Below are positions 29,001 through 40,000 of a DNA stretch of 64,000 nucleotides, one piece after another. This DNA is from a virus. The notes under the pieces were generated by a model, which saw only the letters and a list, made by a program, of their open reading frames with translations, was not told the DNA's origin and did not search any database. The position numbers were made by a program, and so were the translations under genes. Positions within the stretch are counted from its first letter, which is position 1; every line of letters starts with the position of its first letter. The stretch covers positions 32,001 through 96,000 of IMG/VR virus record IMGVR_UViG_3300042691_044733; one strand, written 5' to 3'.

Positions 29001-31823
29001 AATTCTAGCTTTTTCTTTATAGAATTCATCATTCAATACCATTACAGTATTGTTTTTTAACCATTCTCTTTTCTTAAGATCATACTCTTCAGAATCTTTT
29101 TCAATCTTTTGATCTTCAAGACTTTGTAAAAATCTTAGATAAGCGGCATCAAATGCTCCAGGTTTTTGTTTGTAAGTATAAAACTTTCTGGATTGCTTTC
29201 TATATTCCTGAATCTTTCTTGCTATAGACAAGGCATAATTATTAGTTTCAGGGTTGTCTTGTTTTAATGAGCCATCTGTATTATAGTCTGAACCTAAAAG
29301 TTTGTATTCTCTCCAATAAGCTTTTTCTAATTCTCTGTTTTCAAGAATATCATCAATAGAATTAGAAGTAGTATGTAAACCTTGAATTTTAGAAAGTATT
29401 TCTTGTTGTGCTAAATATGCAAGCTTACCTACTGTATCTTCAAAAATTTCATACATCTTATAATAATCATCATGATAATCCTGATGCATGTGTGCTCTAT
29501 TATGATTATTTAATTTTTTTAAAGCATTTGAATAAGCATTTTTTGCATCTTCTGTTCTTGTTTTATAATATTCATCACGTGCTTTTTCAACATCGTCTTC
29601 AAGTTTTTTTACTGATCCTTTATAATCTTTCCAAGGATTTAGGAATGTTATTAATTCTTTAAATGTATTTGTATTCTTATTATAAAATCTTTTATCAATA
29701 GATGTAAGATCTCTACCCATGCTCAATCTTGAGGTAGCACTTCCATATCCTGCTTTTTTAACAAGAGGTTCTATTTTATTGAAAAATTCAGACATTTTAT
29801 TCTGTACTGTAGCAATCATTTCAGAATAGTTGTCTTTAACATACTGAGCAAATCCAAATATAACTGGATCCTGATTGTACATATAACCTTCTATAAATGA
29901 AGATATTCCAGCAGCATCTTCTAAGTTTCCTTCTAATAAATTTTTAATTTTTTCAGGTGAAAGTCTAAGTTCTTTATATTCTGCTTCTAAAGATTCTATT
30001 TCTTTTTGAGGGGCACCTCTTTTTCTTTTGAAAGCAAGAAGATCCATGTAGTACTTATCAATATTCTCAGTCATCTGAGAAAGTTGTTCAGTTAACATTT
30101 GTTCACTTGCTTCTTTATAAACGGCATCTCTATATTTCTCAGTTTTCTTAAGTTTTTTAGAAATACTGTTTATTAATGCATAAAGAGGGTTATCACTTTT
30201 GAAACTATCTGAATATCTTTCTTCATCAATAACAGATTCAACTTCTTGGATGAATTTTTCCCATTGCGATAGTACTTGATTATAATAATAAATCTTTGAC
30301 AGTTTTTCTTTATCATTCATATCTCTACTTAGAATTTTGAAATGATCAATTAATCTGTCAACTGTTACTTCTAATCTTAATAAACTGTTTAATAGTGCTT
30401 CTGCTTGACGTTTGTAATATTCAATCTCTTCAGACTCAGATTTAAACTCTGGTGTATTAACAGTACTAAAAAATCTTAAGTTTGATAAAATCTCGGTTAA
30501 GTCAGATCTATCAAGTTTATCACGCAATGCCATTCTCAAATCTTTATATTTAGATTTTGAGATTGTTTTTTGTTGTCTGTTAATTACATCAAAAAAGTTA
30601 TTACTGATTTTAATGAGATCACTACTTTCAATCTTATTGAGTTCTTTGAGAATTTCTTCACGACTTTCTCTTATGAAACCTGCAACATCTTCTGTATTAA
30701 GAAGATCTTTATCTATTGTAAAATCTGAGTTTTGAATTAACTGAAATAGTTCTGAAATCGTTGTATTAACATTTAATTTTTCAATACTGATTCTTTCCGT
30801 AAAGAGTCTTCTGAATAATTGTCTTATAGCATAAAGAAGGTTATCAATAAAAGATTTATATTTTGGTGTGAATTTTTCAGGATCAAACTTAGCCTGAAGT
30901 GCTCTAACAATTACTTCTTCTTTAAAGATTGCATCTTCTTCAGAATATTCTGGATATAAACTTTTAACAGCTTCTATAAGTTGCTTACCTTCAGCAGTTT
31001 GACTTAATTCAAAGAAAAGATTTTCAAATAATACAGAATTTTGTAATTTAATACTTCTTACTAATGGATGTGCAAATTCATGGAATGCAATATCTTGTGT
31101 GATATTACTACCAACAAAATAAACTTTATCACCCACAAAAAATGCTTTTTCATTATTGTAGGTTTGTTTTCTTAATGATAAAACTTCTTTAGCTTGCTCT
31201 GGAGTTATAAATTCATACTCCACTCCAAATTTATTAGATAAAATACTTAAAAGGTTCTTTAAAAGACCATTTATTCCAGCTGTATTATCTGCAAGTTCAG
31301 ATGCTACATTAGAAGAATCTTCTATAAAAGAATATTGTTGATCATAATCTTCAAAGTCTCTGTAAAACAATACATCGTTTGACATAATTTCAAATGGAGT
31401 ATCTGTTGGTGTAGGCATAACTTCACCATCTACAATGTACTCATTTGCTTGTTTTTGTCTTAAAATATAATCTCTTTCAGCTTGTTCTTTTAATACTTCT
31501 GATTCATGTTGCTTTATTAAATCCTCATCAAGTTCATTTAAGAGTTTGATCTGATTTGCAGAAGGTGCTATTTTAACAACTGTGTTTATACCTTCTATAG
31601 CAGTATAAGCAACATTACCAATTTTTTTAGGTCCATTGTTTATCTGTTTATTTATTTCTTGTGCTAATCTATACCCGTATCCTTTTGTTTGTTCACTTGT
31701 AAAGTTTCTATAAGGATTTTTTATAAATCTAATAACACTATCACTTCCATACTCAAACCAGGGTTTGTTGTTTAGAATTTTTTCTATAGTGTTGTTTAAT
31801 GTTCTATTGCAAAGTTGTCCCAT
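26031..31823 (-). CDS. giant virion cargo/ejection protein with zincin-like domain
   Basis: ~1930 aa, likely start MGQLC at 31823. FHEFAH...EEVIVRAL. Lies in the vRNAP cluster. Confidence 0.75.
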   Translation of the reverse strand: MGQLCNRTLNNTIEKILNNKPWFEYGSDSVIRFIKNPYRNFTSEQTKGYGYRLAQEINKQINNGPKKIGNVAYTAIEGINTVVKIAPSANQIKLLNELDEDLIKQHESEVLKEQAERDYILRQKQANEYIVDGEVMPTPTDTPFEIMSNDVLFYRDFEDYDQQYSFIEDSSNVASELADNTAGINGLLKNLLSILSNKFGVEYEFITPEQAKEVLSLRKQTYNNEKAFFVGDKVYFVGSNITQDIAFHEFAHPLVRSIKLQNSVLFENLFFELSQTAEGKQLIEAVKSLYPEYSEEDAIFKEEVIVRALQAKFDPEKFTPKYKSFIDNLLYAIRQLFRRLFTERISIEKLNVNTTISELFQLIQNSDFTIDKDLLNTEDVAGFIRESREEILKELNKIESSDLIKISNNFFDVINRQQKTISKSKYKDLRMALRDKLDRSDLTEILSNLRFFSTVNTPEFKSESEEIEYYKRQAEALLNSLLRLEVTVDRLIDHFKILSRDMNDKEKLSKIYYYNQVLSQWEKFIQEVESVIDEERYSDSFKSDNPLYALINSISKKLKKTEKYRDAVYKEASEQMLTEQLSQMTENIDKYYMDLLAFKRKRGAPQKEIESLEAEYKELRLSPEKIKNLLEGNLEDAAGISSFIEGYMYNQDPVIFGFAQYVKDNYSEMIATVQNKMSEFFNKIEPLVKKAGYGSATSRLSMGRDLTSIDKRFYNKNTNTFKELITFLNPWKDYKGSVKKLEDDVEKARDEYYKTRTEDAKNAYSNALKKLNNHNRAHMHQDYHDDYYKMYEIFEDTVGKLAYLAQQEILSKIQGLHTTSNSIDDILENRELEKAYWREYKLLGSDYNTDGSLKQDNPETNNYALSIARKIQEYRKQSRKFYTYKQKPGAFDAAYLRFLQSLEDQKIEKDSEEYDLKKREWLKNNTVMVLNDEFYKEKARILNEISELSKDNKNEEIIELYKKITNLISAYKDENGQPIGSQMNEDLRKEIKKAEEEIINIRKKLRITNALTESEQEIYHELNTLYKAGAKLTEDELDTLFDMFSKIKESAKSGENNERIGELIEELFDLQSRMPTTDYVDTINDFLTPEMIEYLETNYGFKYFTASNVDVLQDADFAENLISMNPLFEKWYNANHIYSEYKKKKKLIRKYRPSRAWSYIVSLNEDYYEKTEIRDSEGNLIDEIVGKPDRSYFYREVKDSYVNDNGETVKLKTERITILDCIQQGIPIEMATIDMHGKWLPKPGNGPYKNDKYFTLKTTEPDKYKLLLSLIESHLSYQKDLPYSSRLDLEIPRYRMGNYEIGLSALKKENPLSRWAKQLRAAFTRQPDDLDRDLNPNEKMMVVNADLFDEDYIKIPITGMFDLEIDQTSYDVMGGMMRYMQSGVKQSKLLEMLPTAKALQSVVNNPDNNPDKYVKGMKLFRKAKMVASDLISPVKQKGLSIRAKAVNNFIEREFEGKQLTGLIQNGFFPKLTGQLQKAAGHAFFSFNIPSALKNSLGLRFQSLIESAGGNNFNFIDYTKGSAWAQSATMEISHQIYKLGSKSLKVQLVELMDPLQGRLFTKISESTGSARSLFSDVADFKFLTNVRKWTELNSTLSVFGALLNKEKIKRDIGNGKTELITYDEAWEVVDGVIRLKSGIDPEYNINGKKYKAFVRKVHNTVNSLAGAYSSFDSPEANRYLLYRMIMSMKTYFMRMFMNRFAYSHITNAAFSPRYNAYTDGLSLGYYTEAYNSMRMAVLTKGKNLQSLTTEQKVAWKKVISEVALLYLLKSILVEIIFGFNPDDDDKYEKLRRKSGALPGPFVSEDVEHPFKVGGWLENHALYLAMLVRSENEAWIPSPGYGLDDYANILSIQSIPLKATLIDWSKAIGYALDSMSDDPAAYYKREVGPYDFQQEGGSKFLNYLMKNLFTMSGTTIDPVTGITKQQSILTKR

Positions 31824-31825
31824 AA

Positions 31826-34090
31826 TTATAATATACAACTAAAATCTTTTTGTTCTAAATCAGTTCTTATTCCTAAATCATCAGTATCTTCTTTCTGTTC
31901 TCCAAACTCATAAAGAGTTTTCATTTTAAAATCTCCAAATTTACTTTCATCATTTAAAATGGCTTGAAAAAAATCTTGAAATAATTCAATTCCAGTTCTA
32001 AGATCTTCAAAATTTTTACTATTTAAATTCTCTAAAACAGGAGTTCCAAAAAATTTCTCCATTATAGCATTAAAGAATTCTATAAGTTGTTCAATAATTG
32101 AAGAATGTTTTTTCTTTATACCTAATGTCTTTTCATATTTTTCTAAATGTTTTTGATATGCTTCTTTAAGTGCTGGTTCATTTGCTACTAAAAAATCATA
32201 CATTGGACGTAAGTAATCATGTTTTTCATCAACAATGAATATTTTATCTGGATCAAAATTAGGAGTTAATGTTAACATTATTGTACCTACAAGATCAGGA
32301 AATATTTCAATTGTATCGTCTTGATTATAACCTCTAGAACCAACACCTTTAATTTGATAATTTTTAAAAGCATCAGTAGGATTAACAGCTAAATCTTTAA
32401 TAAAATTATGAATATCAGCTCTTAATTTTGGATCATTTATATTTAAAGCATAATCAATACTATGACCTAATTCATGAGCAAACACATAATGAAAGTGATT
32501 TTTTCTCCCTCTCATTGTACTTTTAAAAGCTATCTCAAAAGGAGATTGCATTTCTTCATATGAAGCTAAATCTAAAGATTCTAAAAAAGTGCTTGTAAGA
32601 TATCTATGCAAACTATAAAGATTTGGATAGGTATCAAGAATATAATCTTCAATTTTAGAATGTGTTTCAACTAACAGTCTATTGAAATTTTCCATGTATT
32701 CTTTTGTAGGAAGTCCTTTTTTTTCTGTAGCATTATATATAAGAATTTCAATTAAATGACGTTTAACCATCATGAATGAATCATCTTTTCTATAAACTTT
32801 ATCAGTATTTTTATAGTAATGTTCTGCCATGTCAACTACAGAACTATTTAACTTTTTAATATCTTCTTTTGTTATTTCTAATTCTGGGTATGCTTTCATA
32901 AAATCATAAATAGCAACATTTAAAGACATGAATGAATTAGTTTGCTGAAGAAGTGAACCTTTTATTAATGATTTTATAGGATTTATTTTTTGAGCTGTTT
33001 TTCCGTCTCTAGAATTAATTTTATTACCATCTACTCTAAAAAATCCAGTAGCATCTTCAAGAATAATTAATCTTGCTAAGTGAGCATTTGGTAATTGTCT
33101 TAAAAGATTTAAAATAGCATCAAATTCTAAATCAGAATAATCTTTATGACTAAGTAAATTTTCTAAAAATGTTTTGATTAAATTATCCTTATCTTTTGGT
33201 TTATTCAATTTTTGAGCATCTTCTTTTAATTTATCAGCATAAGAATTAAAAAGATCTATTAAGTCTTGGTACTCATCATCCGAAATATTTAAATTATCCT
33301 TTTTAAAAGTTTCGTTTTGAATTGTTGCATATAGAGATTTAATAGTATCAAGAGCACTTTTCATAAAAAAGCTGCTAACTAATTTTTCAGAAACTATTCT
33401 TTCAGCAATCAGTATTCGTTGTTGTTTAAGTTTTTGGCGAACTAATTCTTTTTTTGATTTTTTATATTGTTCTTGTTTAATTTTATTTTTTTCATCTCTT
33501 AATTCATGATAAGAAAGGATATCAATTTTAATTTTGAATATCATTTCTCCAGTGTCAATCCACATATATGTATTACCATCTGATTCTTTTCTGATGATAG
33601 CCAGATTGGGTTTATCATTCAACAAAAATCCTTTTTCAGTTTCAGAAGGTAAACGTTTTCCTTGAGAAGATGTTACATAAGTTTCCCATTTTGTTTTTTC
33701 AGAATTAGTTAATACATAGGCATACCTGTCATTTATAAACTCTATCCCGAAATTAACTTTTAAAAAGTTTCTATATTTTTTAGACCTTGAGTTTGTTATA
33801 GTAGGATATGGATCTTTTTCGGCACCATATTCAAATAATTCTTCTACTCCTGGTTTTATTTGTGGTTGTGATTTTAATTCCTCCAAAGAGATATTAGTTT
33901 TGGAGAGCAAAGTGATATAAGTACTAGTTTCTAAATCTAATTTAGAAGGATAGTTATTCAACCCATTTCTAGATTGCCACATTGCTATATCAGCAGCAAG
34001 AGATGAAATGTATGGTTCAGTAAAATTAGATCCATATAATTGTTTATATAGACTCTTGAAGTCTTTACTTGTTTTTAATACACAGTGCAT
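31826..34090 (-). CDS. polyvalent-type cargo protein with zincin-like domain
   Basis: Likely start MHC at 34090. IKPGVEELFE motif, AHELGH with a downstream E (EIFPD). Confidence 0.7.
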   Translation of the reverse strand: MHCVLKTSKDFKSLYKQLYGSNFTEPYISSLAADIAMWQSRNGLNNYPSKLDLETSTYITLLSKTNISLEELKSQPQIKPGVEELFEYGAEKDPYPTITNSRSKKYRNFLKVNFGIEFINDRYAYVLTNSEKTKWETYVTSSQGKRLPSETEKGFLLNDKPNLAIIRKESDGNTYMWIDTGEMIFKIKIDILSYHELRDEKNKIKQEQYKKSKKELVRQKLKQQRILIAERIVSEKLVSSFFMKSALDTIKSLYATIQNETFKKDNLNISDDEYQDLIDLFNSYADKLKEDAQKLNKPKDKDNLIKTFLENLLSHKDYSDLEFDAILNLLRQLPNAHLARLIILEDATGFFRVDGNKINSRDGKTAQKINPIKSLIKGSLLQQTNSFMSLNVAIYDFMKAYPELEITKEDIKKLNSSVVDMAEHYYKNTDKVYRKDDSFMMVKRHLIEILIYNATEKKGLPTKEYMENFNRLLVETHSKIEDYILDTYPNLYSLHRYLTSTFLESLDLASYEEMQSPFEIAFKSTMRGRKNHFHYVFAHELGHSIDYALNINDPKLRADIHNFIKDLAVNPTDAFKNYQIKGVGSRGYNQDDTIEIFPDLVGTIMLTLTPNFDPDKIFIVDEKHDYLRPMYDFLVANEPALKEAYQKHLEKYEKTLGIKKKHSSIIEQLIEFFNAIMEKFFGTPVLENLNSKNFEDLRTGIELFQDFFQAILNDESKFGDFKMKTLYEFGEQKEDTDDLGIRTDLEQKDFSCIL

Positions 34091-34092
34091 AG

Positions 34093-37000
34093 TTAGCAAT
34101 TTAAAATATTATCTTTTTTCTCCTGTGGAAAGCTATCCCAGATTTCTTGAGTGTACCCAATTTCTTTTAAGGTTTTACCTGAACGTACTTTTAGGTTATT
34201 TACATCATCAAAGATAGTGTTATTTACCTCACGATTTGTAGGAGTATCTTCTTTTTTTACAAGTTTTCCAAATTCACCTGAATTATAAAAATATGGATTA
34301 ATAAACTGGAATTCTTCATACAGTCTTTTTGATAAGTACATGTAAGTTTTATACCCTGGGGCATCTGGAATTTTTGGTTGATTTAATAAACTCTCTGATC
34401 CAGTATAGCCAAGTAATGAGTTACCAACACCACGTTCATCAAATACTATGATTTTACCAACAGATTGTTCTTTTAATTTCATTATAGCATCCTCAATAAG
34501 TTTGATATTATCAGAGTAAGTTTCATCCGTCATTATATCTTCTATAGAGGAAACCAAAGCTCCTTTTTTAGTAGGTATCCCAAAAATATTTTCTGGGTTA
34601 ATCATAGGCTTCTTAACCTCTTTATCCTTATTATTAATCTTTACAACTGTAACATCTATTGTTTCAGCTGCATTTCTTAAAACAGTGTTAGAGTAATTAG
34701 CACCCATGTAAGCAAGTTTATTTTTAGAACCTGGAATAAAATCATCATAAATGAACAATGCATTAGGTTGAGAAGCAAGAGTTATATTTACGTTGTCAAT
34801 TAATGTTTTAATTGCAGGTGCAAATCTCTGTTTTGGTTGTGCTTTAACATTATCTGTTTTTGGAGTATAGAAGAATACTTTAGGTGAATAAACAGATCCA
34901 TAAAAGAAACCTTTTGTTTTATCTTCTGCAAAATATTTTTTAATTCTTTTTCTTGCTTTGTTTACAATAGGTTGATCTGCATCTACATTCTCATTATTAG
35001 AAGCAACGGGTTCTTTATAAAGTTTAACAAAGAATGCTTTGTATTGATCTAAATATTTTTTAGATTCATTAGAACTGAGAATTCTTTCTGCTCTTCTTTT
35101 TATAGGTTCCATTAACATGTTCATTAAATCAGTATTAACAATTCTGTTAATTGCAAATGCCCCCATTCTATCTTGACCAGATTGATAAAATGCAAACATT
35201 GGAAACATATTAAATAACATACTTATTTTATCATTATCTATTTCATTCTCAACTTTCTTAACATTTGGATCTGCAAGTTTTATTAACTGTTCATGATAAA
35301 TATTTGCTTTATCTGGAGTTAATTTATTTTCTGTAAATTTCAAATTTGTTATTGCTCCTGATCTAGAAGGTAATAATGTTTTAAGCAAGCTATATTCATC
35401 TGTTAATTCAGGATAATGAGAAATTACATCTACAACCTGATTTGCAAATCCTGTAGGACTATACATCATAGCAACAATATTGAATTTACTTAATAATGCA
35501 AAGTCTCTAAGAAAATCTTCATAAAGATATCTTTCGGTACGTTTTTTAAATTCAGAGTCTGTTTCTCCTTTATTTTTTTCATACATTGAATCCAGCATTT
35601 TTACTTTCTTCTGATATTCTCTTGTTTCTTTAAACTTGGTAAAAGATATCTCAGAACGTAAAAATTCTCTTTCATAAATGAATTTTACATACTCATTAAA
35701 GTTTCCTCTGAAAGGATCTAGGTTAATTTCAATAGGTGATAATCCTTTTGCTCTATAAGTTGGTTTACTATAGATCTGATTTTTAAAATCTCTTTCAAGT
35801 CTTATTAAATCCACATATAGATTACCATCTTTTACAAATGCACCATTTTGTAATACAGTTTCGCTGATTACTTCTTTCTCTACAGGAGAATATTCTTTAT
35901 TTGTAATTCTAAGTGACTTGTAAGGTTTTTTAGGATCAAATTCTATGTTATCAATGTATTCTTGGAAAGCATAAGATAAAAAGTCATTTCTTAATGCTTC
36001 TGCAAACTTTTCTTTTGTTTTCTCATCTGTACCAAAGAAAGCTCCAAATGTTTTAAGTGGATCCAATGACTCAACAGTTTCTTCAACAAACTCTACTAGT
36101 CTGGGATGGTTTCTAAGTTTAAAGAAATTACTCAAGAAATTAATTGCAAATCCTTGAACTTCAAAACTACCTATAGGAGAATTCAAATCAATACCTCTAA
36201 CAATTTCATAAGGGAATCTTCTGTTATTAACAAGATCTATTTTCTTATCAAGTTTTTGTTTTGCTTCATACATGTTTGTTGATCTTGAAGTATCAAAGTT
36301 AGTATTCATTTTAATTTGAGTAACTGCTTTTGACATCTCTTCAATTTCAAGAAAATGTAAAAATACTTTTAAATCCTCTTCGGTCAGATTTCCATCAAAC
36401 TCATCTAATCTTTTGTTGAGGTTCTCAAGTGTAAATACTTCTTTATCAAGTTCTTTATTTAAATTATTAGACAACAAGGTATTAAAAATTGTTCTACTTT
36501 GAGTATAGTTACTATCAAGTTTTTCAAGTCCTTTACCAAGTTGTTTTTGTACAATAGGATGAGATTTTAATACCATTGCTCTTGCTCTGGTTCTAAATTC
36601 TGTTCTTGGTATAACTCCAAGTCCAAGTGCTGGTGCAAATGTACTTTTGGTTAATTGCTGTTTTTTGAGATAATCTCTAACCATTGGTTGGGATAATAAA
36701 GCAACTGCATGCTCTATAGGTACACCTGCTTGAAGCATAAACAACATAGAAGAGGTTAATTCTTTATTACCTTGAATATCAAAGATCCACGCATCTTTAG
36801 CAACGTCAACCCAACCATTAATAAGCTGTCCTATTAAAGTTGAGATTTTGTTTTTCTTGTTTGTATCATAAAAATGAGACAATGAAATATTACCATTTAT
36901 TGTATTATGCGGTAGCAACATGGTTTGTTGTAAAGTATAATAACCAGATTTTTCTGTTCCTAGTGTAACTGTAGGTGACATGTAAGCACCAACCCTGTTA

Positions 37001-40000
37001 AATATTACGTTGTAGGTATTATCAACAGCACCTTGACCAAGAGTTGCTTTACCAACGTTATTTGAACTTTGTTTATATCTGTTATATCCTATTTCAAATA
37101 TTCTTGTGCCTGCAATTACTTTTTTACTTCCTTGTTTATAAGCTTCTTTATTTCTAAAATTCTTATGTTGGTTGTATTCTCTATTGTACTTACCATACTT
37201 AGCAACGGAATCTTGTAACAAGAATGTTCCGTTTGGAGTAATTAATTCCAAGAAGTTAGTTGGTAATGATAAGATTTCTACAATAGTATCTAATAAATTA
37301 TTTTCAAGACCAGCTGCTGATCCAGAATCCATTTTAGATTGGATATCATCAATTTCTCTAACAATAGCCATATGTTCTTTTGCATAATCAAGTTTTCTCC
37401 AATTTGTTTCAGATATAACATTTTCAGTTAACTCAAATAATTGATTTTCAAGATGATACAAAGATTCATACAGATCATCAGTAACCTCTACATTAGAATC
37501 ATTAACACTGTCAAGAATTTGATTTTTAAGAATTTTGATTTCTCTCTTCAATTCAGAAGCATCAAGTTTATAAAAATCAAAATCCTCATTGATCATAGTA
37601 CGAATATCATCTTCGTACCTGTTTCTTACATTTTCAAGTTCTTGATATAAATTATTAAGTTGTGATCTTAATTCTTCTTTGTTTAAATTTTCATTCTCTT
37701 TAACATATTTAGTTTTTCTAACTCCTGTAATAGTCTTAGTAAGAGATGGAAAAATAAAATACATTTTATCAATATCAAAGTCAGAACCTGCTTTAGCAAC
37801 AATCTCAGATGGAAGTACAACTATGTTACCTGCATTTTCAGGTAAGAATTCATAGACTTCAGCAAACTCCATAGAGTTTAATCCTTGTACAGGAATACGC
37901 ACGCCACCAATTGTTATTAAATCTCTGTTTTCTTCAACCCATTCTGGATTACGTAATAAACTATTCAATGCCTCTAATCTTGTCATTGATCTGTATTTGC
38001 CATCTTCTGTAAGAGTTTTAATTTTTATCAAATCTTTTACAGCAGGATGATATAATAACTTTTTGAAATTACCTTGCATTGCAATTTTTACTTTCATTGC
38101 TTTTGTTTTACCATCCTTTCCAGGATGATAAAAAGGTAATTCATTAGTACCATTGTAAAGCATTTGTTCTTCTTCAGTAGCTTTACGCATATTACCTTTT
38201 TCAAAACCTGCACCCGAAACCTGAATTAATGCTTCACCCCTTGTTTTTTGCCTAACAAGTCTTTTAAATACCATAGCAGTGAGTAGTCTTTCTATGTTCT
38301 CAGCATTAGGGTGAATACTTAAATCATTCTTTAATCCTCCTGTTACTGGATTGTAATCAATAAAATCAATTTCATGATCTGCAAGTTCTTGACGTGTAAG
38401 TTCTTTCTTAACAAAGTCAATAAAGTCTTTTGTAATTTTTGCATTACCTTCTTTATCATATGTTAAACCAGCTTCTTTCTCTAACTCACGTTTTTTGAAA
38501 TCTGTTAAAATTCTAATCTGATTTTCATACTTAAGTGCTAAATCATAAAATGGAGTTGATTTATTCTCTTCTTTAGACCATTCTGCATATCTCTCATCAT
38601 TATCTGTAATGTGAGGTTTGTAATCAACAGGAACTCCATTCTCCATAAGTCCTTCTTCAATTAACTTTCTTAACTGAGTTGAGAATATAATTTTACCTTT
38701 GTAACTATCATGAGTTTCCAACTGATCTTTAAAGTATCTAAGGAATATTGAATTCTTGATAAAAGGTTCTGATTTTTCAAATGCTATCGATCCATCTGGA
38801 TTATAAAACTTTTCTAATTTACCATTATTAGTGATAGTACTAACTTTACTTCCTGTTTGGAATAATGCATAATCTACTTTATTTTCCACAAGTTTATTAT
38901 GAAGTTTTTCAAGAGTTGTTCCTTTTATTACATTAGGTACCAAAGGAAACAAACTGAACTTATGAAATCCAATTGCAGGTAAACCAACACTTGTTGCAAG
39001 TGGTCCCGCATATTGCATTTTCTTTACTGGAAAAAACTTTTTTATATCAATATGGTCGATATTTTCACCATTAATTATTTTGTGATATAGCTCATCTTGA
39101 TAAGGACTCCATTTACCTAATGAAATTAACAAATCTCTATATGCATCAAAAGTTATCCAACCTTGAGCATCACCTTCTTTCATGTTAGAATATTCACCAA
39201 ATATTGAAGCTGTATCTTTTTTAATTTCTTCTACTTCTTTTGCATTAGGTTCTTTACCAGTTCTTTCTTTAAATAATTTTTTTTGATTTTCAACAAATGC
39301 TTCTTCATAAATAGATCTGTAAATTGAGTTTCTTTTACTATCTGAAAAAACAACACTATCAAAAACATCACTAAAATCTTTTTTACTAGTTGGATTTCCA
39401 GTGTACCATTTACTTTGTGCATAGGTACCTTTAAAACCAGGTGTATTTAAAGCATGAATCATAGCATCATCAGTTCTAGGAATTGTCCCTGTTGCTGCAA
39501 TACTAGAATTTCTTTTGTGGAATTCTTCTTTTAACATATTATATAAAGCAGGATCACCATAAAACATTGCTGTACTTTCATATTTATGAACCCAGTCATT
39601 TACTACATAACCTGAGATTATACTATTGACAATGAATGAGTTAATGTCATCTATCTCACCTGATGCTTTAAGTTCTTCAAGATAAGAATAATTCATTTTC
39701 TTTCTGATTGAATGAACCAAGCTATTCATTAAAGCTTCATTTTGATAGAAACCCATTTTAACAAGATCTTCTTTATACTTATTGATTTGATCATTTAAGT
39801 ACTCTTCAATCTCTTTTTGAATAGTTTCTCTCAAACTTGTATTTTCTTCTTTTTCAATTTCTCTTAAAAAATTTTCAGATATATATTTATCAAGTAATTT
39901 TTGTTTAGTTTCTGGAGTTAGAATATCCTGAAAGATAATAAAATCATTACCTACGTTTTTATAAAGATTATCTCCTACTGTAACATCACCAGTTGGATCC

